Source: the human T2T-CHM13v2.0 reference genome, Homo sapiens. Taken from it: 64,000 bases of DNA. The notes beneath the pieces were generated by a model. It did no database searches, was not told the origin of the DNA, and saw nothing but the letters and a program-made list of their open reading frames with translations. This document shows, one piece after another, positions 18,564 to 31,998 of this stretch. Positions within the stretch are counted from its first letter, which is position 1. Each line of letters opens with the position of its first letter. Position numbers and translations under genes: made by a program. The DNA lies in NCBI GenBank assembly GCA_009914755.4, contig CP086569.2, forward strand, positions 16,736,001 through 16,800,000, read 5' to 3'.

Positions 18564-19555
18564 AGTGTTTCACTGCTTCTTATAAAGAAGGAGAGGGAGT
18601 TATCTAGGTGGCACGTGGCTCAACAGGGTTCTCTGCACTGGGTTTAGCTACAGCTGACCTACTTTTTCTCATGCTTCAAATTGTTCCTGCCTCCTCTTCT
18701 GCTGCATTTCTCTGAACACAGCCAGGAATGCTTCTCTGCCTTTGAAGGCTCATGTGATTAGATTGAGCCTACCCAGATAATTCAGGATAATCTTTTTATT
18801 TTAACGGCCATGGTATAGATGTCTACAAAGAGCCTTTGGTCATGGTATGAATTTGCATTGGCTACCATAACAAAGTACCACAGATGGGGTGACCTATGCA
18901 ACAGATGTTTATTCTCCCACAGTCCTGGGGGCTGGAAGTCCAAGATCAAGGTGTGGACTGGGCTGGTTCTTCTGAAGGCCTCTCTCCTTGGCTTGTAGAC
19001 CCCATCTACTCCTTGTGTCTTCACATAACCTCCTCTGTGTGTGTCTGTTGCCTAATCCACTCTCCTTATGCCTAATCCACTCTCCTTAATCCTACTGGAT
19101 TAAGGCCCACTCTTGTAACCTCATTTAAAATTTTAAATTCTCATTTTGAACCTCATTTTAAATTCCTCTGTCAAGGACCTATCCAAATACAATCATATTC
19201 TGAGGTTCCAGGGGTTAGGACTCCAGCAAGTAAATTTGGAGGACACATGATTTAGCTTATAAAAGCCATAAAACATAGCATAATCAAAGGTTCAGGGAAT
19301 TAAAACATGGATACTGCGAGGAGGAGATGTTCTTTAGCCTACCACAAATTTAAACTCTTGAAAAACAGCAAATAATTGGGTGTATCATGAGAACTAACAC
19401 CCCAAAATTCTTGACATTTTTTGTATCAATGATAAATGTTTTCATGAACAGCTACTGGATTATACCTGGGACAATCTGGCTTCCTGAACCCCCAGTAAAA
19501 GGGCTCCCTCATATTTATGTGGGATAATATGCAAACTAAGCTATAATTCATAATC

Positions 19556-19846
19556 TTTTTTTTTTTTTTTTTGAGATGAAATCTCACTGTCATCCAGGCT
19601 GGAGAGCAGTGGCACAATCTCAGCTCACTGAAACCTCCACCTCCTGGGTTCAAGGGATTATCCTGTCTCAGACTTCCCTGGGACTACAGGCATGTGCTAC
19701 CACATTTGAGTAAATTTTGTATTTTTAGTAGAGATGATGTTTCACCATGTTGGCCAGGCTGGTCTTGAACTCCTGGCTTAAGATGATCCATCCATCTCAG
19801 CCTCCCAAAGTGCTGGGATTATGGGCATGGGCAGTGTGCCCAGGCC
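19556..19846 (-). mobile_element. Alu, antisense, with T-tail at 19556-19572. Possible degenerate TSD (ataattcataatc / aatgagtcataatc).
   Basis: RC Alu 'gagatgaaatctcactgtcatccaggctggagagcagtggcacaatctcagctcactg...cccaaagtgctgggattatgggcatgggcagtgtgcccaggcc'. Confidence 0.88.
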
Positions 19847-21840
19847 AATGAGTCATAATCTAACCATCACTGACTTTTCGTATCTTGATATAAAAAAAAG
19901 TCTTCTAAATTTAATTATTTTTAGTGTTAAATAATTTACATTTTATCTTATTATTGAGGTTCTTGGTACCTGGTAAAGAGATTTTGTTCTGTCCAGTTGA
20001 GTAGCCTTTAGCCAATATGGCTATTTAAGCTAAAATTAGGATTTAAAAAAATTAAGCAAAATTTAAAATTCATTCTCAGATGTATCAGCCACTTTAAGAT
20101 ATCAAGATCCTTGTATGACTGATGGTTTTGATCCTTCACCTTATTAATATGGAACATTTCCATCATCACAGGGAGCTCTTTGGTTAACACCAGTCTAGAC
20201 AGTAATATTGTGATTTTTTAATGATGAGATTCTCTCAAGCTCATTTAACCTGATAAGAACATTACAGTGTGGATACAGATTTATTACAGCAATATTTATG
20301 TCGATTAATTTATTTAAAGGATAATTATCTATTAAATACAAAGCTAAAGAAATTAATACTGCCATTTATATTGAGCATGTCAACCCATGAGAAACCATAA
20401 TTTACAGAAGATAAATCTGTCTGTTTTGTGTGCTTGGTTCAATGTTTTAATGGGTTTCCAGGCAAGTAATGCTGGTTTTCATCCAATATTGGTGGATTAC
20501 ATGAAGTTGACTCCCAAACACTTGGCTTCCAGTTGAACATTCTTATTCATGATCTTTCTCTAAAACAAAGTTCAAGTAAAAATTGCTGAACTGTGAAAAT
20601 TACCTCCTGATGTAGACACAGTCATCACTTTATATAAAGATAAAAAAATCCTTTAATTTGGAGTGTATTAATGCAACCTTGGGCTTTTGTGTATTTTCTA
20701 GGTGTTAAAGAGGTGCACAGCCTCATAAAAGCCCTTTAGGTTTGTCTATTTATGGATACTACCAAATGCTTACCTAACTTTAATTTGAATTCACCTAACC
20801 CATTGATGTCATCTAAATTTAATTATTTTTAGTGTTAAATAAACATTGATGTTTTAGCACAAATTTTAAAGCTGAACAGATCTTTGAAACAAGTGATGAT
20901 TTTGTATATCCCCTGATGATAATTTACAATGATAATGTGTGGTTTCTTCATGAATTTCTAGAAATGAGTGTTATTGGAATAGAAACAGAGGAATGGATCT
21001 GTGAAGGATAGCCTGTTTTTGGCTTCTCTATCAGAAAGAACAGAATCTCTTTATCAGGTGATATTAACCTAAATAATAAGGTAAAATTTAGATTATTTAA
21101 CACTAAAACATAGGTTTGGATGACTTTTTCTGTATTCCAAGGTATTTAAGATTAGTGATGATTAGATTAAAAATCATAGCTAAGTGTGCACAGTATCCTG
21201 AATAAATATGAAGGAGCCCTTCTTTTGAGGTTTCAAGATGCAAGACTGTCTCAAGTATAACGTAGTGGCTGTCTAAATAATATTGGCAGCTCATGGCCTG
21301 ATCAATATCTGTGTACCTGGAATTTGGTGAATATACTCTTGGTATTTATAAGGCCAGTACTGCCCACATGTAATGGGCAATGGCTAAGCCTGTACCTATC
21401 TCCCTGGTTGTGTGACTCCATGTGTATAAAACTGGTATAGAAAGATTTTCTCTGCATGTGAATGAGAAATCCCACATCATTGGTATCTTGTCATCTCCAT
21501 CTATTAGACATCAATAACATGGACACATTTTACCACCTACAATTTTTCTCTAGCCCAAAATACATCCAGCATGGGAGGATTCCTGCCTCTACATGATGAA
21601 ACCTACTTTTTTGTTCTCAGAGGTGTAGAAGAAAGCTCTAGAATTAAAATGTCAGGACCTCATATCATGACACACCCACCCCCATTTTTTTTTGGTGTTG
21701 GGTGGGTCATTAAACTATTCTGAGCATCTGATTAAAACAACAGACAAAAACAACTATCAATTCAGGTTGGTGGAAATACTAAATTTAATGCACATAAGAC
21801 AGCAAGGCCATATGCACTTTTCCTGTAAAACATCAAACTC

Positions 21841-24800
21841 TGAGGATTCTTGGGCAAGATGGCCAAATAGCAATATCTCCAGTTTGCAGCTGCAAGAAAG
21901 ACCAATGCAGAAGGCAGGTGATTTCTGCATTTCCAACTGAGGTACCCGGTTTATCTCATTGGAACTTGTTAGACAGTGGGTGCAGCACACTGAAAGTGAG
22001 CAGAAGCAGAGTGGGTCATTGCCTTACCCAGGAAGCACAGGGGTCAGGGAACTCCCTCCCCTAGCCAAATGAAACAATGACACACTGTGCCATGAGGGAC
22101 AGAGCTATGCAGCCCAGATACCATGCTTTTCCCATGGTCTTCACAACCCACAGACCAGGAGATTCCCTTGAGTGCCTACACCACAAGGATCCTGGATTTC
22201 AAGCACAAAACTGGACAGCCATTTGGGCAAACACTGATCTAGCTGCAGAAGTTTTTTTTTGTTGTTGTTGTTATTTTTTTTTTTTTTAATGTATCCCAGT
22301 GGTGCCTGGAATACACCAGTGAGACAGAACCATTCACTCTCCTGCTCTCCTGGAAAGGGGACTGAAGCCAGGGAGCCAAGTGGTCTTGCTTAGCAGATCC
22401 CACCCGCAAGGAGACCAGAAAGCTAAGATCCACTGGCTTGAAATTCTCACTGGCAGCACAGCAGTCTGAAGTTGACCTGGGATGCTCAAGCTTAATGTGG
22501 GGAGGGGAGTCCGCCATACTGAGGCTTGAGTAGCCTGTTTTCCCTTCACAGTGTAAACAAAGCCTCTAGGAAGTTCAGTCTCAGCGGATCCCACTGCCCT
22601 GCCTGAAAGTCCCTGTAGCTAGACTGACTCTAGATTCCTCTTCTCTGGGCAGGTCATCTCTGAAAGAAAGGCAGCAGCCCATCAGAGGCTTATAGATAAA
22701 ACTCCCATCTCCCTTGGACAGAGCACCTAGGGGAAGGGGCAGCTGTGGGGGCAGCTTCAGCAGACTTAAATGTTTCTGTTGCCAACTCTGAAGAGAGAAG
22801 TGGATCTCCCAGCACACTGCTTAAGCTCCACTAAGGGACAGACTGCCTCTTCAAGTGGGTGCCTGACCCCTGTGCCCCCTGACAGGGAGACATCTCCCAG
22901 CAGGGTTTGACAGATACCTCACAAAAAAAACCTCCGGCTGGCATCTACCAGGTACCCTTCAGGTAGGAAACTTCCAGACGAAGGAGCAGGCAACAATCTT
23001 TGCTGTTCTGCAGCCTCTGCTGGTGATACTCAGGCAAACAGAGTCTGAAATGGACATCCAGTACACTCCAGCAGACCTGCAGAAGAAGAGCCTGACTGTT
23101 GGAAAGAAAACTAACAAACAGAAAGCAATAGCATTGACATCAACAAAAAGGACAACCACATATAAACTCCATTGAAAGGTCACCAGTAACTAAGACCAAA
23201 GTTAAATAAATCCAATAAGATGAGGGAAAAACAGTGCAAGAAGGCTGAAAATTCCAAAAACCAGAATTCCTCCTCTCCTCCAAAGTGTCGCAACTCCTCA
23301 CCAATGAGGGAACAAAACTGGATGGAGAATAATTTGATGCATTGACAGAAGTAGAGTTCAGAAGGTGGGTAAAAACAAACTCCTCTGAGATAAAAGAGCA
23401 TGTTCTAACCCAATGCAAAGAAGCAAAGAACCTTGATAAAAGGTTAGAGGAATTGCTAACTAGATTAATCAGTTGAAAGAAGGACATAAATGACCTGATG
23501 GAGCTGGAAAACACAGCAAGAGAACTTCATACAACATACACAAGTATCAATACCTGAATCAATCAAGCAGAAGAAAGGATATCAGAGATTGAAGATCAAC
23601 TTAATGAAATAGTGTGAAGACAAGATTGGAGAAAAAAGAATGAAAAGAACTAACAAAGCCTCCAAGAAATATGGGACTATGTAAAAAGACCAAACGTATG
23701 TGTGATTGGTGTACATGAAAGTGATAAGGAGAATGGAACCAAGTTGGAAAATACTTCAGGATGTTATCCAGAACTTCCCCAACCTAGCATAATAGGCCAA
23801 CATCATATTCAGGAAATTGCATCAACTAATGGGCAAAATAACCAGCTAGCATCATAATGACAGGATTAAATTCACATATAACAATATGAAATTTAAATGT
23901 AAATAGGCTATATGCCCCAATTAAAAGGCACAGACTGGCAAATTGGATAAAGTGTCAAGAACCATATATGTGCTATATTCAGGAGATCCATCTCATGGAC
24001 AAAGACACACATAGGCTCAAAATAAATGAATGGAGGAAAACTTACCAAGCAGATTGAAAGAAAAAAAAAATCAGGGTTGCAATCCTAGTTTCCAATAAAA
24101 CAGATTTTAAAACAACAAAGATCAAAAAAGAAAAAGAAGGTCATTACATAATGGTAAAGAGGTCAATTCAACAAGCAGAGCTAACTATCTTAAATATATG
24201 GGCACCCAATACAGGAGCATTCAGATTCATGAAGCAAGTACTTAGAGACCTGCAAAGAGACTTAGAGTCCCACATAATAATAGTGGAAGACTTTAACACC
24301 CCACTGTCGATATTAGACAGATCAATGAGACAGAAAATTACAAGAATATTCAGTATTTGAACTCAACTGTGGACCAAGTGGACCTAATAGACATCTACAT
24401 AACTCTCCACCCCAAATCAACAGAATATACATTCTTTTCAGGACCACATACCACTTATTCTAAAATCAACCACATAATTGGAAGTAAAACATTCCTTAGC
24501 AAATGCAAAAGAACAGAAATAATAACAGCCTCTCAGACCACAGTGCATCAAATTAGAACTCAGGATTAAGAAACTCACTCAAAACTGCCCAACTATGTGG
24601 AAACTGAACAACCTGCCCCTGAATGACTATTGGGTAAATATTGAAATTAAGGCAGAAATAAGTAAGTTCTTTGAAACAAATGAGAAAAAAGTCACAATGT
24701 ACCAGAATCTCTGGGAGACAGATAAAGCATTGTTTAGAGGTTAACTTATAGCACTGAATGTTCACAAGAGAAAGCAGGAAAGATCTAAAATCAGCACCCT

Positions 24801-27800
24801 AACATCACAACTAAAAGAACTAGAGAAGCGAGAGCAAACAAACTCAAAAGCTAGCAGGCGACAAGCAATGACTAAGATCAAAGAAGAAATGAAGGAAATG
24901 GAGACATGAAAAACCCTTCAAAAAATCAATGAATCCAGACTGGTTTTTTGAAAAGATTAACAAAACAGATAGACCACTAGCCAGACTAACAAAGAAGAAT
25001 AAAAGTAAGAATAACCAAACAGACACAATAAAAAATGTTAAAGGGATATCACTGCTGATCTCACAAGAATACAAACTACCATCAGAGAATAGTATAAACA
25101 CCTCTATGTAAATAAACTAGAAAATCTAGAAGAAATGGATAAATTCCCATGAGTAGACTAGGAAGAAGCCAAATCCCTGAATAGACCAATAACAAGTTCG
25201 GCAATTGAGGCAGTAATTAATAGTCTACAAACCAAAAAAAGTACAGGACCAGACAGATTCACAGCCAAATTCCAACCGAGGTAACAAGCGGAGCTGGTAC
25301 CATTCCTTCTGAAAGTATTTCAAATAATATAAAAAGAGGGACTCCTCCCTAACTCATTTTATGAGGCCAGCATCATTCTGATAACAAAACCTGTCAGAGA
25401 CACAACAAAAACAAAATTCCAGGCAAATATCCTTGATGAACATTGAAGCAAATATCCTCAATAAAATACTGGCAAACCGAATCCAAGAGCAATTTAAAAA
25501 ACATATGGACCACGAGCAAGTGAGCTTATCCCTGGGATGGAAGGCTGGTCCAACATATGCAAATCAATAAATGTAATCCATCACATAAACAAATCCAATG
25601 GCAAAGACCACGTGATTATCTCAAAAGAGGCAGAAAAGGCCTTCAATAAAATTTAACAAACTTTCATGCTAAAAGCACTCAATAAGTTAGGTATTGATGG
25701 AACATTTGTTAAACTAATAAGAGCTATTTATGAAAAACCCACAGGCAATATCATAGTAAATGGACAAAAGCTGGAAGCATTCCTTTTGAAAACTGACATA
25801 AGACAAGGATGCCCTCTCTCACCACTCCTATTCAACATAGTATTGGAAGTTCTGGCCAGGGCAATCAGGCAAGAGAAATAAATAAAGGTATTCAAATAGG
25901 AAGAGAGGAAATCAAATTGTCTCTGTTCGCAGATGACATAATCGGATATTTAGAAAACCCCATCGTCTCAGCCCAAAATCTTCTTTAGCTGATAAGCAAT
26001 GTCAGCGAAGTCTCACGATACAAAATCAATGTGCAAAAATCACAAGCATTCCTATACACATATATTAGACAAACAGAGAGCCAAATCATGAGTGAACTCC
26101 CATTCACAATAGCTACAAAGAGAATAAAATGCCTAGGAATACAACTTACAAGGGATGTGAAGGACCTCTTCAAGGAGAACTACAAACCACTGTTTGAGGA
26201 AATAACAGAGGACACAAACAAATGGAAAAACATGTCACACTCATGGATAGGAAGAATTAATATTGTGAAAATGGCCATACTGCCCAAAGTAATTTACAGA
26301 CTCAATGCTATCCCCATCAAGCTACCATTGAATTTCTTCACAGAATTAGAAAAAAGCTACTTTAAATTTCCTATGGAACCAGCAAAGTTCCTGTGTAGCC
26401 AAGATGGTCCTAAACGAAAAGAACAAAGCTGGAGGCATCATGCTACCTGACTTCATGCTATGCTATTGGGCTACAGTAACCAATACAGCATGGTTGTGGT
26501 ACCAAAACAGATATATAGACCAACGGGATAGAAAAGAGGCCTCAGAAATAACACCACACGTCTACAGCCATCTGTCTTTGACAGACCTGACAAAAAACCA
26601 AGCAATGGGAAAAGGATTCGCTATTTAACAAATGGTGTTGGAAAAACTGTCTAGTCATCCCCTGGACCCCTGCCCTACACCTTATACAAAAATTAACTCA
26701 AGATGGATTAAAAATTTAAATGTAAGTCCTAAAACCATAAAAACCCTAGAAGAAAACCTAGGCTATACCATTCAGGACATAGGCATGGGCAAAGACTTCA
26801 TAACTAAAACACCAAAAGCAATGCCAACAAAAGCCAGAATTGACAAATGTTATACAATTAAATTAAAGAGCTTCTGCACAGCAAAATAAAATATCATCAT
26901 GGATAACAGGAAATCTTCAGAATGGGAGAAAATTTTTCAATCTATCCATCTGACAAAGGGCTAACATCGAGAATCTACAAAGAACTTAAACAACCTTACA
27001 GGAATAAAACAAACAACCCATCAAAACGTGAGTGAAGGATATGAACAGACACTTCTCAAAAGAAGACATTTATGTGACCAACAAACATATGAAAAAAGAA
27101 GCTCATAATCACTGGTCATTAGAGAAATGCAAATCAAAACCACAATGAGATATCATCTCACACCAGTTAGAATGGTGATCATTAAAAAGTCTGGAAACAA
27201 CTGATGCTGGAGAAAATGTAGAGAAATAAGAACACTTTTACATGGTTGGTGGGAGTGTCAATTAGTTCAATCATTGTGAAGACTATGTGGTGATTCCTCA
27301 AGGATCTAGAAGCATTTAACCAGCAATCCCATTACTGCATATATACCAGAAGAGTTAAAAATCATTTTACTTTAAAGACAGGTGCACACATATGTTTATT
27401 GCAGAACTGTTCCCAATAGCAAAGACTTGGAACCAACCCAAATGCCCATCAATGTTAGACTGGATAAAGAAAATGTGGCACATGTATAATAAGGAATACT
27501 ATGCAGCCACAAAAAGAATGAGTTCATGTCTTTTCCATCATCATGGATGAAGCTGGAAACCATCATTTTCAGCAAACTTACACAGGAACAGCAAACCAAA
27601 CACTGCATGTTCTCACTCATAAGTAGGAGTTGAACAATGAGAACATATGGCCACAAAGAGAGGAACATCACACACTGTGACCTGTGAGGGGGTGGGGAGA
27701 GAGATAGGGGATAGCATTAGGAGAAATACCTAGTGTAGATGACGGGTTGATGGGTGCAGCAAGCCAGCATGGCACATGTTTACCTACGCAACAAACCTGC

Positions 27801-27846
27801 ATATTCTGCACATGTATCCCAGAACTTACAATATAATTTTTAAAAA
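21841..27846 (+). mobile_element. Full-length (~6.0 kb) older L1 (L1PA-old or L1PB-like), sense. It has a 5' UTR, but ORF1 and ORF2 are broken by multiple stops and frameshifts.
   Basis: 5' end is 'gggcaagatggccaaatagcaat...gcatttccaactgaggtacccggtttatctcattgg'. ORF1 starts 'atgagggaaaaacagtgcaagaaggctgaaaattcc' at 23220. ORF2 fragments include 24151-24360 (endonuclease region …ILNIWAPNTGA…), 25666-25881 (…[12 protein letters not shown]…[26 protein letters not shown]) and 26031-26889. 3' end is '...acctgcatattctgcacatgtatcccagaacttacaatataatttttaaaaag'. Divergence from L1PA consensus is greater than for the L1 at 55900. Confidence 0.9.
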
Positions 27847-29715
27847 GTGTAGAAAAAACACTTTAAATTGTAAATATTTTCGGCTTTGCAGGCCATCTGG
27901 TTGTCTTATAGCTATGTAACTCTGCTGCTGTGGCTTGAAAGCAGCTGTAGATAATATCTCAACAAATGGGCACATCTGTGTTCCAATAAAGCTTTATTTA
28001 CACAAAGCAGGTGTCTGTTGGTATGTAGGTAAAAATTCTGTCACTATGTTTTTCCTCTACTTTCATACGACAACAATCATCAGCACAGAAGAAGACTTCT
28101 GTGACCAAATGTGTAGGGTTTTTACCCACACAAAACAGTGTACACCATCTGGTTGTCCTCTAATTCAGTTCCAACAGTCTCTACACACAGATAGCATGAA
28201 ATCCTGCAAGTTAAGGACTCAGTCCCACAGACCACACTCTTCTTTCCCCCAGTCACAAGTACAGGCCTCTGCAACTTCTGACCAAGCAACTTCTAGTTGG
28301 GGTTCCCACAATCTCCTCTTTGGGTTTGATTAATTTGCTAGGTGGCTCACATAACTCAGGAAAACCCTTACATTTAGTGGTTTATTAGGAATGATATTTT
28401 AAAGTGTACAGATAAACAGCCAGATGAAGACACATAGGGCAAAGTCTGGGGAAGTTACTCAAGCGAAGAGTTCTGTCCCCGAGGAGTTGGGGTGTGACAC
28501 TGTCCCAATGCTGGATAAGCTTTTCATCCCGCTTCTGTTGAACTACATTTGTTCAGCTCTACAGGGGCCCTCTGAACCCTGTCCTTTGGATTTTTAAGGA
28601 GGCTTCAGGACATAGGATGATTAACTAGACCATTAGGCATTGGTGATCAACTTAATCTTTGTCCCATCTTCCCTCTCTGGAGGTAGGGCATGCAGCTAAA
28701 AGTCCCTACCCTCTAATCCTGCCTTGGTCTTTTTGGTGACCAGTGCTACTCTGAACCTATCAGACAAAAGACACATAAAAGACAGCACTTAGGAGATCCC
28801 AAGGGCTTTAGGAGTTATAAGCCAGAAACTGTGCATGAAAACCAATATGTATAAAATATGTATAAATGCCCTAACACCATAGCCAGATTTGCCCTGGGAT
28901 GTAGATTGTAGACTCCTGGTTTATAGCATCTAATATTGTTTGGCCAAAAATATCATAGTTCACCAGGGGACACTGCCATCTAACATTTTATGTCCTTCTC
29001 TCCCCTTAAGTCTCCTTAATTTTAACACTCATGTTTATAAAGTAACATTTTCCTACTTTACCAATCATATTATTTACTTTTTTCACTTATATTTTTTGCT
29101 TAGGATAAAGGAAAACCCTATATTTCTTATTTACACAGTTTCCAAAGTCACATGGAAAATGAACCATAGTTGTCCACAACTTTAAGAACTGGAAATAGTC
29201 TAGAAATAATTATCAAATTTATTCTACCTTCCAGGTGTTTATTATCTATCCATGTTGGATTTGGAAGCTTTAAAGTATTTAGGAAAGCATTGTCATTAAA
29301 AGATGAAGTTATTATCAGAAGGCTGTCACAATAAGCTTCTCAAATATTGAAGAAGAAAGTCTATAATTTCTGAGAGCCAACACAATGAACAGTTTGCTGA
29401 GACTTCATCCTTTGAAATGTGGTGGCTTATTTCTTAAATCATGCCTGTGCTGTTACGATCGAGTGAAAATAAAAGTGGGATGTCTAGATCCCAACTTGTA
29501 CCTGCTATAAAATTTACAGTATTATTTTTTTGTGTCTAATTTTCTGACAAGGTCTAAGGATGTGTCCATCTGAAGAAGTTTAAACATTAGCTGCTTCTAT
29601 GTGGTGAGGCAAAACACCAGCACACAGCTACCAACTTCCAGCTCAATATTATTACTAACGAAATGCTGCTAATAGTTATAAGATACACACAGAGATGATT
29701 ATAGAGTCCTCCCCA

Positions 29716-30275
29716 CAGGACAAGAACATGCTATTGTGAATAGTGCTGTGTAATGAACAAATTGTGAATAAACAACGTACTGTGAATATGCTCATGGCAG
29801 CTGTGTTCACAATAACAAAGATGTGGGTTCAACCCTAATGCCCATCAATGATAGATTGGATTAAAAGAAATGGTACATATATACCATGGAATTCTATGCA
29901 GCCATAAAAAGGAATAAGATTATGTCCTTTGCAGGGACATGGATGGAGTTGAAAGCTGTTATCCTCAGCAAACTAATGCAGGAACAGAAAACCAAATACC
30001 GCATGTTCTCATTTATAAGTGGGAGCTGAATGATGAGACCACATGGAGGGGAACATTGTATACTGGGGTCTGTCAGAAGGTGGAGGACAGGGGAAGGGAG
30101 AGCATGGGGAATAACTAATGGATGCTGGGGTTAATACCTAGGCAATGGGATGATATGTGAAGCAAACCACCACTGCACACATTTACCTGAGTAACAAACA
30201 TGTACATGTACCCCTGAACTTAAAAGGTGGAAATTAAAAACAACAACAACAACAACAACAACACAACAACAGGAT
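29716..30275 (+). mobile_element. L1 3'-end fragment (older L1 family) ending in a (CAA)n tail at 30240-30272
   Basis: Sequence '...ttcacaataacaaagatgtgggttcaaccctaatgcccatcaatgatagattggattaaaagaaatggtacatatataccatggaattctatgcagccataaaaagg...catgttctcatttataagtgggagctgaatgatgag...' then 'caacaacaacaacaacaacaac'. Confidence 0.85.
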
Positions 30276-31209
30276 AAGATTTGCTAATATCTTCTATCTG
30301 TGACTCCTCACAGTAAACCTAGATGCCTATTGTGTGACAGATGAAATGGAGATTTAGGACAGTCAGTAATTTGTGTTACTTTTAAGGGAGAGCCAGAATC
30401 CAAATATTTGTATAAATGATGTAGGTTTTGGGCTACAAATGGACCAATCTATCACCTGCGATTCCTTGATAAGGATAGTGCCCAGGAATGAAATGAGGAG
30501 CTGCTGGTGTATGACACAGGATATGGTGAGACTCTGCGGTGAGTGAGGTATGCTCTAGAAGCCTTGTGAGGACTCTGTTGCAAGCAGTGACAACTGCTCT
30601 GAGAATCTGTGACTATCCTGAGGTTGACCTGATAGGGCCAGGAGATTGCATCCCTTCTTAGGAAACAATCTGGTAGCCATTCATAATCCATTTATCTTGA
30701 TGATATACTGATTGTTGTGTCTAATTGAGGAAGAAAATGGAATAAAAATGAATAAGAAAAGCCTGGGTTGAAAAGTTATTGGCAAGCTAATTTGAATGGA
30801 GTATAATTAAAAATATGTAAGGAAGTTCCCCTATAAGACAAGAGCATGCTATTGTAAATAGTGCTGCATAATGAATATATTGTAAATAAGGCATATATTG
30901 TATTTCTGTCTCATTGCTGCAGGGGTTCCTGAAATCAGTCTTCTTTAATCCTAGATATCGAAACTCCCTGTACTCATGGTGGGCAACCCCACACTCTATG
31001 CCGGTTTTGTGTTTCACTATGTAGATGCAGCTGATGTTTAAAGTTCTACAGTTGCAGATATCCCTAGATCTTGTTGGAAAATTCAGCACAAAAACCTAAT
31101 ATTGTAACTTTCATAGCACCTACAAGGTGGGGTCTAGACCTACTAGGGACCTTACAGAGGCAGGTTCTTATTACCATGGTTTCTCCTGGTGTGGTCTTTT
31201 CTTTTTTAA

Positions 31210-31998
31210 TTTTAGAGACAGTGTCTCACTCAGAGTTCAGTAGTGTAATTATACATCATGGCAACCTTGAACTCCTTGGCTCAAGTAATCCTCCCACCTC
31301 AGCCCCCTGAGAAGCTGGGATTAAAGGTGCTTGCCACCTTGAAGAGAGGGGGACTTGCTACGTTGGCCAGGCTGGCCTCAAAGTCTTGGGCTCAAATGAT
31401 CCTCCCACCTCAGCCTCTTGAGTAGCTGGAACTTAAGTTGCCTGCCAGCTTGTAGATACTAAGTCTGGCTATGTTGCTCATGGTGGCCTTGAACTCTGTG
31501 TTTAAGTCATCCTCCCACTTCAGCTCCCTGTGTAGCTGGAACTGAAGGTGCCTGCCACCCTGCAGAGAGGGGGTCTCCCTACGTTACTCAGGCTGGCCTC
31601 AAACTTTTGGGCTCAAGTGATCCTCCAACCTTATATGAGTAGCTGGAAATGAAAGTACATGCCACCTTGTGGAGAAGGGATCTTTCTATGTCACACAGGC
31701 TGGGCTCAAACTCTTAGGCTCAAGTGATCACCCCACCTTAGCGTTCTGCATAGCTGGAACTAAAAGCACCATGCCACCTTATAGAGATGTTGCCTATGTT
31801 GCCGAGGCTGGCTTCAGACTCCTGGGCTCAAGCAATCCTTTCACCTCAGCCTCCTGAGTAGCTGGAACTAAAGGTGCTTGCCACATTTTAAAGATGGGGT
31901 CTTGTTACCCAGGCTAGCCTTGAAATCTTGGGCCCAAGTGATCCTCCTTTTCAGCCTCCCAAAGCACAGGGAATACAGGGGTGAGCCACTCCCTGGCC
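31210..31998 (-). repeat. Tandem array of 7 diverged units (~105-121 bp each) derived from an Alu monomer (antisense Alu sequence). This is an Alu-derived minisatellite.
   Basis: Units start approximately at 31210, 31331, 31452, 31562, 31670, 31780 and 31886. Each reads '(g)agagaggg-ggtct..ctacgttg-ccaggctggcctcaaa-tcttgggctcaagtgatcctcccacctcagcctc-tgagtagctggaactaaaggtgc-tgccacc'. The last unit ends with the canonical RC Alu 5' end '...cccaaagcacagggaatacaggggtgagccactccctggcc'. Confidence 0.85.

Noticed and set aside
22250-22300. T-rich tract (ttttttttttgttgttgttgttatttttttttttttt) inside the old L1 5' UTR that could be mistaken for a retroposon tail
   Set aside because: There is no adjacent Alu or SVA body or TSD. 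It is most simply a simple-repeat expansion within the L1 5' UTR.
23140-23514. 124-aa ORF on the minus strand
   Set aside because: It lies antisense to the ORF1 region of the old full-length L1. It has no recognisable domain and its composition reflects the reverse complement of L1 ORF1. It is a chance ORF.
31210-31998. Regular ~115-bp periodic repeats that might suggest a CRISPR-like or satellite 'system'
   Set aside because: The units are unmistakably Alu-derived (FLAM/right-arm chimeric) and diverged from each other. There are no unique spacers. This is a eukaryotic tandem duplication array.
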